In this document: piece after piece, positions 25,201 to 32,951 of the stretch | How the letters are laid out: each line of letters begins with the position of its first letter | Numbering within the stretch: the stretch's first letter is position 1 | Virus record (IMG/VR): IMGVR_UViG_3300045988_174260 | From: a virus | Length of the DNA stretch: 40,094 nucleotides | Strand: one strand, 5' to 3' | The notes under the pieces: model-generated | Database searches by the model: none | Told to the model about the DNA's origin: nothing | The model's input: only the letters and a program-made list of their open reading frames with translations | Position numbers and translations under genes: made by a program

Positions 25201-28200
25201 AGCTAACAGAGAGGGGACAGCAGAAAGCATTGCTGAACTCTGTCCTCTCTATCGCTAATGCTATGGCTTCGGGGAGCCGGAAGTTTATTTCTAACCAACT
25301 TGCTGACAGGCTGGCTAATCCGAAAAGCAATGAGGCCTTCAATGCGGACATGAAAACAGCTCTTGATGCGACCGTTAGAGCGTTGAATGAAAGGGCAGAG
25401 GAAGCAAGCCGAAAGCAACTGGAACGTCTTATTCAGGACGAAATAAAGAGGCGTGTTGAACAAGCTGACGCTAAAGCTAAGAAGGATTTCAGCAGGGAAA
25501 TGAAGTTCCTGCGTAGTCTTATCTCGAAAGAAATCCGCAAGGACATTAAGGAAGAAAGAGCAGAGGCGGCGGCAGAGAAGAAGCTTGCTACTAAAAGCAT
25601 AGAGAGCTTGCGGAGGTTAGCGGAAAATGCCTTCAAAGACACTAAAGGACGTTCGCGTTCTTTAGACGCACAAGCTAGAGAGGAAACTATGGACGCTCTG
25701 ACGGTTATGGCTATGTCTCCCGAAGAGGTTGCAGTCCAGCTGGAAACCTTGGATAGCACCATAGATGAGCTTCAAAACCAGAAGGCATCAGAAGAGAATG
25801 CTCTAGAGTTGGAAAACTTGGAAAACCAAAAGAACCTCCTCGAGGTATTTGGGAGTGCGTTGTATCGGGAAAGGATGCCCAACGGAAGGTACAAATACGC
25901 ACTTAATGCTCAACAGCTCGCAGAAGCGGTTAAGACACTGAAAGAGCTACAGCGAGAAGGACGGCTTCGGAGAAAGAAAGTTAATGAGCAGATTGAGCGT
26001 TTCTATAACAAATTCAACGCAGTCATCAACGAGCGGGTAGGAGGGGAGAATAATCGTGATGCCCTTAGAAAGGCTGTATTGGAGCGAGACCAAAGAGGCA
26101 CAGGCTTTTTGGACAGAATCTTTACAGGATTCATGAGCCTTCAACAGCTCCTTGAAGTTCTCTCTTCGATGAAAGACTTTAAGGATATAGGAACGTTCTT
26201 GCAAAATAATGTTCAATACGCAGAACAACAGCGAGGAGTAGAGAAGGAAAAGGCTACGTCTCATGCCGTTCGTATCATGCGGGGAATGATGGAGAGAGCG
26301 GGGCAGAATTCGCCTAGGTATTTTGACCAGCTTTCCACCAAAACCATATCCTTCATGGGCCACGAATTAACCAAGTATGGCCTAGTCAAAGTCTATCAGA
26401 CGTTAAGGGAAAAGGACGGCTTAGACGTATTGCGGGAAAACCTTGGCAACAAGGGCATGGATTTTGGCAATTATCGAAAATATCAGCAAGAGCTTGAGGC
26501 CTTAAACAAAGGCCTTGCTGATGGCGCCTTAACTTCCGAAGAGTATGACGCCAATGCGGAAGTTATTGAAAACGAATACCTTGAGAGAAAAGAAAAGGAT
26601 ATTTCCAAGCTTTTGGAAATCCTTGGTCCGGACGGCCTGTATTTAGCGGACGAACTGCAAAACCTGTATCGAGAAAAAGGTGAGAAGCTTCGGGCGTTCA
26701 TGGCAGAGAACTATGGACAAACGGTAATTCTAGATGACTACTATACGCCCCGCAACATCGCGGCTTACAACACCATGCAAGAAGGCGACATGGAAAGTTA
26801 CAGCAAGGGCCACATTTCAAGAACAGGATTACCCTCTTACGCGAAGCATAGAAACACGCCGTCTTCCGCAGCCTTGTCTTTGGAGATAAACCCTCTTGGA
26901 GAGTATCTTCGGTACAGCTCTATCATGGAAGGGTGGATGACAGCCTACGAACTAGTCAACTTCAACAACCGAGTTTGGGCTAATCCTACCACCAACGCAC
27001 AGTTACAGAAATTATTAGGCCCTGCCAATTATGAGACGGCCAATAAAGACCTTTATTACTTCATCAATGAAGGCCGTGTGTATGCGCAAAAGAGTGTGTT
27101 GGCAGAGGTGATGGGGAAAGTGTTTCAAGTGTTAGCTAAGACTAGGATTGCCTTCTCTTTAGCTTCTTTGGTGCGCTCTGGGGCGGCTATATTCAACCCT
27201 CTTGTGGGAAGCAATTTCTCATCAATGGAAATCATTAGAGGGTTTGCAGGCATCGCTTCTGGGAACTATAAGGGGTTCTCGATTGAAGAGCTTAGGGACT
27301 TGGAAGCCATGAAGGAGCGCAAATACAGAGGATGGGAAGACCGTGTGCTGGCTGAAAAAGCATTAAGCATACCCCTGAAAAAACAAGCGCAATGGGGATA
27401 TTGGCAGGAAGCCGGCATGAGCGGGTTAATTGGTTTCGACTGGTGGAGTATTTCAAGGGCTAACATGCTAACGTCTCACATGCTTGCAAAGCGTGGTTTG
27501 TCACATGAACAGATAAGGTGGGAGCTTAATAAGAATATCTATCAGACAGCACAGCCTTTATCAACTTCGGCCAAAGCTTCGCACTTGTTAGGCGGTAGTG
27601 CTTTTGAGGCATCCCAATTCTTATTCCTTTCCGACGTAATGAACAAATTCGGCATGGTTGTAATGCAGGGCAAAAAGGGCGATTGGCTAGGCGCATTCCG
27701 AGTTTATACTATTGCGGCTATAGCTAATGGCCTTTTCAATGGTTTGGCAACTGCTTTGTTTGGAGACAAGGATAAAGAGGATGAATTTGTGGACAACCTC
27801 TTCTTCACAGCCGTCCTAAGCCCGATAGTTTCAGTCCCGATGTTTGGAGGCTTTGCGGAATGGGTATTGTCCGAATTGAGCGGAAAACAATATTCGCTTG
27901 GACGGGCTGACATGGCTGACCTTTCAAGCACGATTCAGAACCTAGTCAGAAGTATTGTAAAAACATACGAAACAGTTTCAGAGAAATGGGATAAGGAAGG
28001 AGCTTTGACTTTCAATGATTACGCCGATATGGTTTCTTACTTAGGAAAGAACATTGGTAGTGTGGCGACTGTTTCAACTGCTTTTGGTTCTTCTGGACAG
28101 AGCGTAACTAAATCTCTGGAAATGGTAGGCGCATTGTCGAATGCCCTTTCTCAAGTGAAGACGACCGCTCAAAAGGCACTCCCGGAGCCAATCAACCCGC

Positions 28201-28364
28201 TTTATACGGAGAAGGAGGAAATGAAGGAAAGAGCGCGACAGCTCAAGAAAGCTAAGAGAGAAGCGAAGAGGGAAAACGGCGAAAGGTCAGCAACCTACAG
28301 AAAACTTTCTAGGGAATTAAGACAAATAAACAAACTACTCAAGATTAGAGGCTGGGAAGACTAG
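22230..28364 (+). CDS. Giant internal virion/ejection protein (2,044 aa) in the T7 gp16-like position.
   Basis: I moved the start to ATG 22230, just after the upstream stop at 22222. Gly/Ala-rich hydrophobic segments lie near residues 400-520. A long charged coiled-coil region lies near residues 1030-1200. Hydrophobic segments lie near the C-terminus (IAAIANGLFNGLATALFG, AVLSPIVSVPMFGGF). Confidence 0.6.
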   Translation: MEELSEQPEDSILLDEIKKMNSGLASNKEQPEITEEDLEANPQAYSSEQIEGVLRNKRSIRTKLDDYLRMSSSLLPTTPREALDAVGTLREELQANGIDPEYERYREKIKRNEDIVYSVTRYINPTTGLFGDVPAQDVTNNKLEKILSAEQIRDFNNAPQFMRDKYVFNRIVENFFPEGEMDKGYALELLKKHYQTDSMHGVVSKYAQELQRNKDEETAYNEASTRFFDSFIETGGDYQKAIDSLEGNLNLYAENIFNQEPALKYIYQRAYNSVSWIKDEYIESGELDWDKMADRLLKLGEGETFSLAIQMLPYMLPKDDRTWLTQAIDDTASDVSRFARLMVDGGGDSAQAERLALAIQQEYRQGRDMPTSWIGRAFKAATDQVPKVAAVTGSSLLASPGGPVAMAATGTAVGSMVYGSTVGLEAYRTNSSRAGALTYGVTVGALEGLLENVTLGVGALASKGIKVAEAGRKMASVAGRVPATVRGAAAGALSEYTQEVIADPIYVGLENVMRSAGFELTQQNTLKNWWETLDFTSPELLGATAILGGSIGAVGGYQANHLINRVGRSASALQAYGVPESEAVAIAEMPDGKERTNRLISALRNNRVSPDVQITNQQAGIFLNFLAKNAERFKDVELMPEISDNGDGTFNIVERDPVSGAEKVTTVTDEIAGTFMSQALQSNPGFIRALNIFAQEEIESGVGKETKIKSYTPDELRAKIQSTEDNNATIARLRALAVINQDPELLQSFRDGKVSIEDVANELEIVSAYRDGTIAVARGEANPLNILEEIIHARAISDLESGVISRDVIETQVRNYLEFLGRSSEEIGDLSNDVLLQEHLANMGKALATTPELFSSMPGNVQTILEWQKDAIAEVGNIFEEGNLIREAIEQGVVSSDFVKWSKSLATMAERRDGQDVGELINGATGENILPMGKTLPSARRRGTIDVTPSIKTINEAIKSIVEGTSERAVGQLHKLQRSMTKLSERFSQGKLTERGQQKALLNSVLSIANAMASGSRKFISNQLADRLANPKSNEAFNADMKTALDATVRALNERAEEASRKQLERLIQDEIKRRVEQADAKAKKDFSREMKFLRSLISKEIRKDIKEERAEAAAEKKLATKSIESLRRLAENAFKDTKGRSRSLDAQAREETMDALTVMAMSPEEVAVQLETLDSTIDELQNQKASEENALELENLENQKNLLEVFGSALYRERMPNGRYKYALNAQQLAEAVKTLKELQREGRLRRKKVNEQIERFYNKFNAVINERVGGENNRDALRKAVLERDQRGTGFLDRIFTGFMSLQQLLEVLSSMKDFKDIGTFLQNNVQYAEQQRGVEKEKATSHAVRIMRGMMERAGQNSPRYFDQLSTKTISFMGHELTKYGLVKVYQTLREKDGLDVLRENLGNKGMDFGNYRKYQQELEALNKGLADGALTSEEYDANAEVIENEYLERKEKDISKLLEILGPDGLYLADELQNLYREKGEKLRAFMAENYGQTVILDDYYTPRNIAAYNTMQEGDMESYSKGHISRTGLPSYAKHRNTPSSAALSLEINPLGEYLRYSSIMEGWMTAYELVNFNNRVWANPTTNAQLQKLLGPANYETANKDLYYFINEGRVYAQKSVLAEVMGKVFQVLAKTRIAFSLASLVRSGAAIFNPLVGSNFSSMEIIRGFAGIASGNYKGFSIEELRDLEAMKERKYRGWEDRVLAEKALSIPLKKQAQWGYWQEAGMSGLIGFDWWSISRANMLTSHMLAKRGLSHEQIRWELNKNIYQTAQPLSTSAKASHLLGGSAFEASQFLFLSDVMNKFGMVVMQGKKGDWLGAFRVYTIAAIANGLFNGLATALFGDKDKEDEFVDNLFFTAVLSPIVSVPMFGGFAEWVLSELSGKQYSLGRADMADLSSTIQNLVRSIVKTYETVSEKWDKEGALTFNDYADMVSYLGKNIGSVATVSTAFGSSGQSVTKSLEMVGALSNALSQVKTTAQKALPEPINPLYTEKEEMKERARQLKKAKREAKRENGERSATYRKLSRELRQINKLLKIRGWED

Positions 28365-28396
28365 CCAACAATCTTTAACCAAGACAACATTGACCA

Positions 28397-29269
28397 ATGA
28401 CTGCAAAAAAAAAGACAACCGCCCGTACAACCGGGCTAACTGGCAATCAGTTTGCTAGCGTTGAGCAAGGTCGTTCTTATGTTCTGTCAGTAAACTCTCC
28501 CACTGGGGCAGGAGAGATAGAACTATTGGCGGCCGATAGCGACCAACAGAGCGAGCCGGATATGTTTAGCATGCTTTACGAGAAAATTGAAACAGCTAGG
28601 CAAATCCCGTTTGTTGCAATTTCTCCCTTTGTTTTTGTAAACGTGGGGAGTAGCGATGTACAATGGCTGGTTACTCCGGCAAATTTTAGTATCGCCGTCC
28701 CCGGTGCGTCGTCCGGCGGCGGCTCAAGCTTTGACCCGGAAGCGCCCCAAGAGATTTCAGGTGACTGGCAGTTTACAGGCGAATTAATTAGAACGGTAAA
28801 GGCATCCCCAGCGGCCAATGATGTCTTGAACAAGGAAATGGGGGATAACGCTTACTTACAGTTAGCAACGCCAAATCTACAAACGGTAGCCTCCGATGTT
28901 ATTTTTCAATCACCTTTAGGGGTAGGTGAACCAGTAGATTTAAACCATGCTGTCTCTAAGGGATATTCGGAAAATAATTTTGTAACAACTTCCACCTCTC
29001 AAACAATTACAGGCGGCAAGACTTTTGCTGATGGGGGGACGCTTCAAGTTCCTATTCCGACCTCACAAGGAATGGCCGCAAATAAACAATATGTTGATAC
29101 GTCCGTTGTTACTGGAATAGACCAACTAGCTATCAAGTTTAGCTCTCTAACCAAGGCAGAATATGACGCTTTTGAAACGAAGAGCAATTCAACCATTTAC
29201 TTTTTAACCGACCAGAATATGTGGGCTATCGGTGACAAGAAAATTGTCACGTCGGATATGCCTGCGTAA
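28397..29269 (+). CDS. Tail fibre protein (290 aa).
   Basis: It is the last large gene of the virion module. It repeats fibre-type motifs (AANDVLNKEMGDNAY, LNHAVSKGYSENNFV, GMAANKQYVDTSV). Confidence 0.65.
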   Translation: MTAKKKTTARTTGLTGNQFASVEQGRSYVLSVNSPTGAGEIELLAADSDQQSEPDMFSMLYEKIETARQIPFVAISPFVFVNVGSSDVQWLVTPANFSIAVPGASSGGGSSFDPEAPQEISGDWQFTGELIRTVKASPAANDVLNKEMGDNAYLQLATPNLQTVASDVIFQSPLGVGEPVDLNHAVSKGYSENNFVTTSTSQTITGGKTFADGGTLQVPIPTSQGMAANKQYVDTSVVTGIDQLAIKFSSLTKAEYDAFETKSNSTIYFLTDQNMWAIGDKKIVTSDMPA

Positions 29270-29322
29270 TAGCCCCCTCTCCCGATTTCGGGGGGGGCAT
29301 AACTCTTTTATAATCAATAGCA

Positions 29323-29772
29323 ATGTACTTATATAATACAACAATCCAATCAGCTGAATTAGCCACAGGCAGTGCTGTTGCTGTGACACTCCCAGAAGAT
29401 GCTCCAGAGGGCATGTATGAAATACGCTTCATTAGTGCAACACCAACAGGAACTGGACTATCTGTGCAGCCGTCCGAGTTTCGTGTGAAAGTAACTTCCT
29501 CTAATCCTCCAGGAACGCAGCTTGCAAATACTGCGACGGCCCTCGGAAAAAGCAATCTCATTATTTATGAGGACGAAAACGGAAGTCTAAAGAAAGTTGT
29601 TCTCTCCATGGGAATGCTATATAAAATCCCTGCAAATTGTACTGTTGTGTCTGCTCAACAGTACATGTATCACGTTCAAGGAGGCTCTGATAAAGTTTCT
29701 TTTTCAATGCCTTCAATCGCAGAAGAGGTAACTCCCAATTCTGTGAATATTACATTTATTCAAATAGCCTAA
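29323..29772 (+). CDS. Hypothetical protein (149 aa), possibly fibre-associated.
   Basis: ORF directly downstream of the tail fibre gene. The composition is beta-rich. Confidence 0.5.
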   Translation: MYLYNTTIQSAELATGSAVAVTLPEDAPEGMYEIRFISATPTGTGLSVQPSEFRVKVTSSNPPGTQLANTATALGKSNLIIYEDENGSLKKVVLSMGMLYKIPANCTVVSAQQYMYHVQGGSDKVSFSMPSIAEEVTPNSVNITFIQIA

Positions 29773-29785
29773 TATAATTTTCGTT

Positions 29786-30163
29786 ATGATGGTGAAAATA
29801 TTTTTTCAAGAGCTTGGTGAATATGATAAAGCCACATTTGTTTGTCTTCGACACAGCGATTGTCAAGACAAGACCCCAGAAGATTTGCCGGAGGATAAGC
29901 GAGAAGTATGGGAAAAACTCAAACAGGAACTTGCCTCATTAAAAGAGGATTGGATTGTCACGGAAGCTGTGCTTTTCCCGAGCCTTGATGAACCGACAGA
30001 AACGGTAGAAATAAAAGTTTCTGCTAGACACGTCTCAATAGAACTTCCTGCGCCTCGCGTAGCTGTAAAAATTTTCACGTCACGCGAGATTCCTGCTCTA
30101 AAAAAGAAAGACAAGGATTTGATGGAGTTCTTAAAATGGATAGCAGGAACAAAGTCAGAATAA
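29786..30163 (+). CDS. Hypothetical acidic protein (125 aa).
   Basis: Last ORF before the strong terminator at 30253-30289. Confidence 0.5.
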   Translation: MMVKIFFQELGEYDKATFVCLRHSDCQDKTPEDLPEDKREVWEKLKQELASLKEDWIVTEAVLFPSLDEPTETVEIKVSARHVSIELPAPRVAVKIFTSREIPALKKKDKDLMEFLKWIAGTKSE

Positions 30164-30252
30164 ATACTCGACATGAACAACACTTCATCCTAGTATACCA
30201 ACAGTTGCTATTCCCGTAGCCACTGTATATAGGTGTTTCAATGTCATACGGA

Positions 30253-30289
30253 CAGGGCCTCTGTTAAAAGCGGAGGCCCTGTTTTTTAT
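30253..30289 (+). terminator. Intrinsic terminator ending the late operon.
   Basis: CAGGGCCTC (30253-30261) pairs with GAGGCCCTG (30273-30281) across an 11-nt loop, followed by TTTTTTAT. Confidence 0.8.
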
Positions 30290-30300
30290 GCGTGTTCGGG

Positions 30301-30356
30301 CAACTTGTAAGGAAAGCTTACAAGTTGGATGAACTGTAAAGAAAAACTTTACAGTT
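30301..30356. promoter_or_regulatory. Two adjacent, related perfect inverted repeats, each with a 5-nt spacer. They are operator-like DNA sites or RNA hairpins.
   Basis: CAACTTGTAAG-gaaag-CTTACAAGTTG lies at 30301-30327. AACTGTAAAG-aaaaa-CTTTACAGTT lies at 30332-30356. Their centres are 30 nt apart. Confidence 0.6.
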
Positions 30357-30429
30357 GACCAAGGGAACAGGATTTGGTCTAATGCTCTTGGAAGAATTCT
30401 TTTCTTCTTTCGTTGTGCATATTCGAGCG

Positions 30430-30485
30430 GAGCAGCTTCGGGGTTTTTTCTCATGTTTTACCCGAAGCTGCTCTTCTTTTTTGTC
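30430..30485 (+). terminator. Second intrinsic terminator: 13-bp perfect stem and 18-nt loop with a T-rich tail.
   Basis: GAGCAGCTTCGGG (30430-30442) pairs with CCCGAAGCTGCTC (30461-30473), followed by TTCTTTTTTTG. Confidence 0.7.
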
Positions 30486-30791
30486 TTGAAACAGGCCTGA
30501 TGTAAAAAATATGTGTTGTATGACACAACTATAATTAACTAATAACCATATACTTATGTCACACAATGTTCCGTTTCGAGCGTTTTCGATGTCAAACTTT
30601 AGGCTTGATTTTTTGAGGGGTCAGTTGTTAAAATCTTGTTCAAGGAACAGGGCGGTTAAGTTGATTGTCTTCCTTTAACCTCTCCGGGGCTAGAAAGAAA
30701 AAGAGTTCGGATATGGCAAGCATATCCTTCATGATTTTTCAAAAGTTTTGATTTACGCCTATCGGCTATGGAGCCAAACAAAGTTGTGGGC

Positions 30792-30982
30792 TTGGTTAGA
30801 GAAACAACGGGATTAGAAAAGAATTGGTTTAAAAACATTTCTAATTTGGAACACGTTGGTTAGAGAAAGTAGGTTAGAATAAACCTTTTAATATTTATAC
30901 TTATTGATTTATTCCTTCGTTCGGCTAACAGGTTGCATAGAGAGGTTAACAAGAGTTCCAAGTTCGAAGGTATTAGAGAAAC
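30792..30982 (+). repeat. Cluster of dispersed direct repeats of TTGGTTAGAGAAA and degenerate copies. These are iteron-like or operator-like sites.
   Basis: Exact 13-mers lie at 30792-30804 and 30856-30868. Degenerate copies are GATTAGAAAA (about 30810), GGTTAGAATAAA (about 30872), GAGGTTAACAA (about 30942) and GGTATTAGAGAAA (30969-30981). Confidence 0.7.
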
Positions 30983-31223
30983 GATAACATAGACCACTTC
31001 GAAGCTATTAACTACCGTCTCCAACCACAAAGGACGTTACACCGTATATACGCGCGTGCGAATTTATAAGAGAGCAGAAAAAACTTTTTTCCAGTGTGTA
31101 TGACAATTCTAAAAGAAAAAAACATTGATTACCCTGTCGTTTCTGTTATTGTGAAGAGGTCGCAAGGAACTAAAGCGTTAGTTTTAGGATAGTAAGCGAT
31201 AAACAATAACCACTAAAAATAAT

Positions 31224-31757
31224 ATGGCATATAAAAAAATAAACGGAGAAGACTTTCCTCAAGATAAAGTCTCAGGCTTAATCGCTCTACTGAATAGTAA
31301 TCCGATTAAATCAGCCTTTTTCGTCAAAGAGTTTGAGGATATAGTTAAATCTGGCTGGGATTTGGAACCTGACTGTAATGTTTGGTACAAGGTAAAACCG
31401 TCAGTTCTTCAAGAAATAGATGAGCTGGACGTTTCCGAAAAAGAAAAGGAAGCACTCAAGGCAAAAGTTGCAACGTTTGTCGGATGTCCTGTTTTTTATG
31501 TTGGCAAAAGAGCAGAAGGAGACGAAATTATGGCTGCTGGCATGGTAGAAGGACGCGTTTTTGGTTTTAACAAGAAACACTTCCGCAAGATTGAATCTGA
31601 TGTTTATTCTAAAAATCTGAAAAAGGCCCTTTTTGTGTCCGAAAACTGGGACAAGTTCATCAAACCTCTTATTTGGGTGATTCGCGGTTTTGAGCTTGAT
31701 GACTGCTCAAGTTTCCCTACCATTGTTGCGCCTAAGCTTTGTGATGAAGAAGATTAA
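31224..31757 (+). CDS. Hypothetical protein (177 aa).
   Basis: First ORF after the 1-kb non-coding region. No motif recognised. Confidence 0.55.
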   Translation: MAYKKINGEDFPQDKVSGLIALLNSNPIKSAFFVKEFEDIVKSGWDLEPDCNVWYKVKPSVLQEIDELDVSEKEKEALKAKVATFVGCPVFYVGKRAEGDEIMAAGMVEGRVFGFNKKHFRKIESDVYSKNLKKALFVSENWDKFIKPLIWVIRGFELDDCSSFPTIVAPKLCDEED

Positions 31758-32115
31758 CCTGACAGTATTGAATAACTTTTTAACGTTCCTGAATAATGTT
31801 CATGAGCTAACCGAGAGGGGCTGGGTTCATGAAGCTACAGGAACAATGTACAAAAAGTGTTCAAAGCTATTCGACACATTCAAGGAATCCTATTCAGGTA
31901 ACTCTCTAAGCCCTGAAAAAGATATTGTCTTTGAGGAGGTTTCCTTAACAGAGACACCTAATGATGAAGACGTCCTCGACGTACTTAGGGAAGAATGTGA
32001 CGAAATCTGTGATTATCTTTACGATGTAGCAGGACAAGAATCATTTTTAGTCTCACAAGTAGATGAGATTAAAACTGTTTTAAGTCAGCAGCTATTTGTT
32101 GCTAGGAAGGTGTAG
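31744..32115 (+). CDS. Hypothetical acidic protein (123 aa).
   Basis: The track ORF is 31690..32115. I moved the start to ATG 31744 (MKKINL), which overlaps the upstream stop by 14 nt. Confidence 0.5.
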   Translation: MKKINLTVLNNFLTFLNNVHELTERGWVHEATGTMYKKCSKLFDTFKESYSGNSLSPEKDIVFEEVSLTETPNDEDVLDVLREECDEICDYLYDVAGQESFLVSQVDEIKTVLSQQLFVARKV

Positions 32116-32238
32116 CAAAAGAACAACCTAGAAGTCTAGGAGCTGTTCTAAAAATTAACAACATAAACAACAAACAAATATAGTAGAAAAGGGTGGAATA
32201 ATCCAATATGGTTAGCCTTCCCTGCTACATTGCAAAGC

Positions 32239-32290
32239 ACCACCCTGCAAACGGGCAATATCCTATTTGCGGGGTGGTTGTTTTTATTTG
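32239..32290 (+). terminator. Intrinsic terminator: 13-bp stem with one G-U pair, 14-nt loop and T-rich tail.
   Basis: ACCACCCTGCAAA (32239-32251) pairs with TTTGCGGGGTGGT (32266-32278), followed by TGTTTTTATTTG. Confidence 0.65.
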
Positions 32291-32302
32291 TAGGAAGGTC
32301 TT

Positions 32303-32695
32303 ATGAATGTTATTTGTCCATGTATGAAAACAACTCATACCTTCGATGCATTAGTGGAGGCTGTGGCAAATCAGGTTGGGCTTGATACCAGCATCCCAGA
32401 AGACCACACTAAAGCGTGCGAGCTTGTCACTTGGATGCTTGATGAAGGATATTCTTCTATCGTGTTGACACATGCGGCAGAGTTTGCCGAAGAGAAGGGA
32501 GTTCCGGGAAAATGGATTGCTCTTGTGAGTGCTATCATTGGTGCGCTCATTACCTTTTTCTGTACTACAGGGTGCGCTAATACCTCTTTCACCTTGTCCG
32601 GAGAACAGGGAGGCCAAATCAGCTACAGCGTTGACGAAAACGGGAATCTGATTATATACGGGAAGCCTCCTGTCGTTCAAACTAAGGGGAAATAA
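32303..32695 (+). CDS. Membrane protein with one central TM helix (130 aa). Possible lysis accessory protein.
   Basis: The hydrophobic segment is WIALVSAIIGALITFFCTTGC. Confidence 0.5.
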   Translation: MNVICPCMKTTHTFDALVEAVANQVGLDTSIPEDHTKACELVTWMLDEGYSSIVLTHAAEFAEEKGVPGKWIALVSAIIGALITFFCTTGCANTSFTLSGEQGGQISYSVDENGNLIIYGKPPVVQTKGK

Positions 32696-32699
32696 GAAG

Positions 32700-32951
32700 A
32701 TGTGCCAGCTCTCACAAGTACCAAAATACTTTTTAGAGTTTGCTAAGCAATCCCCTATGTTCGCTTGCCTTATGATGTCGCTGGCGATATGTGGAGGAGC
32801 ATGTTGGTATATTGGAGAACTGGTCAGCCACCACAATGACCGCCTTTGTAATTTGATGACCATGCAGACGCAGGCCCAAGTGGAAACAGCAAAGGCAATT
32901 CAACTGTTAGCTATTCGAGTTGAAGGAATAGAAAGAAAGATAAAAGAATGA
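32700..32951 (+). CDS. Small membrane protein with an N-terminal TM helix and a C-terminal coiled coil (83 aa). The architecture is i-spanin-like or holin-like.
   Basis: The TM segment is MFACLMMSLAICGGACWYIG. It is followed by the helical stretch QTQAQVETAKAIQLLAIRVEGIERKIKE. Confidence 0.5.
   Translation: MCQLSQVPKYFLEFAKQSPMFACLMMSLAICGGACWYIGELVSHHNDRLCNLMTMQTQAQVETAKAIQLLAIRVEGIERKIKE

Noticed and set aside
30185-30838. Minus-strand ORFs 30185..30454, 30318..30566 and 30656..30838.
   Set aside because: They run through two + strand terminators and both perfect palindromes. They are isolated from any minus-strand operon, so I treat the region as regulatory and non-coding.
30955-30975. 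GTTCGAA string resembling a tRNA T-loop. I also made a general tRNA check of all non-coding regions.
   Set aside because: The flanking bases cannot form a 5-bp T-stem, and no acceptor or anticodon arms can be drawn. I found no tRNA-like cloverleaf in any intergenic region.
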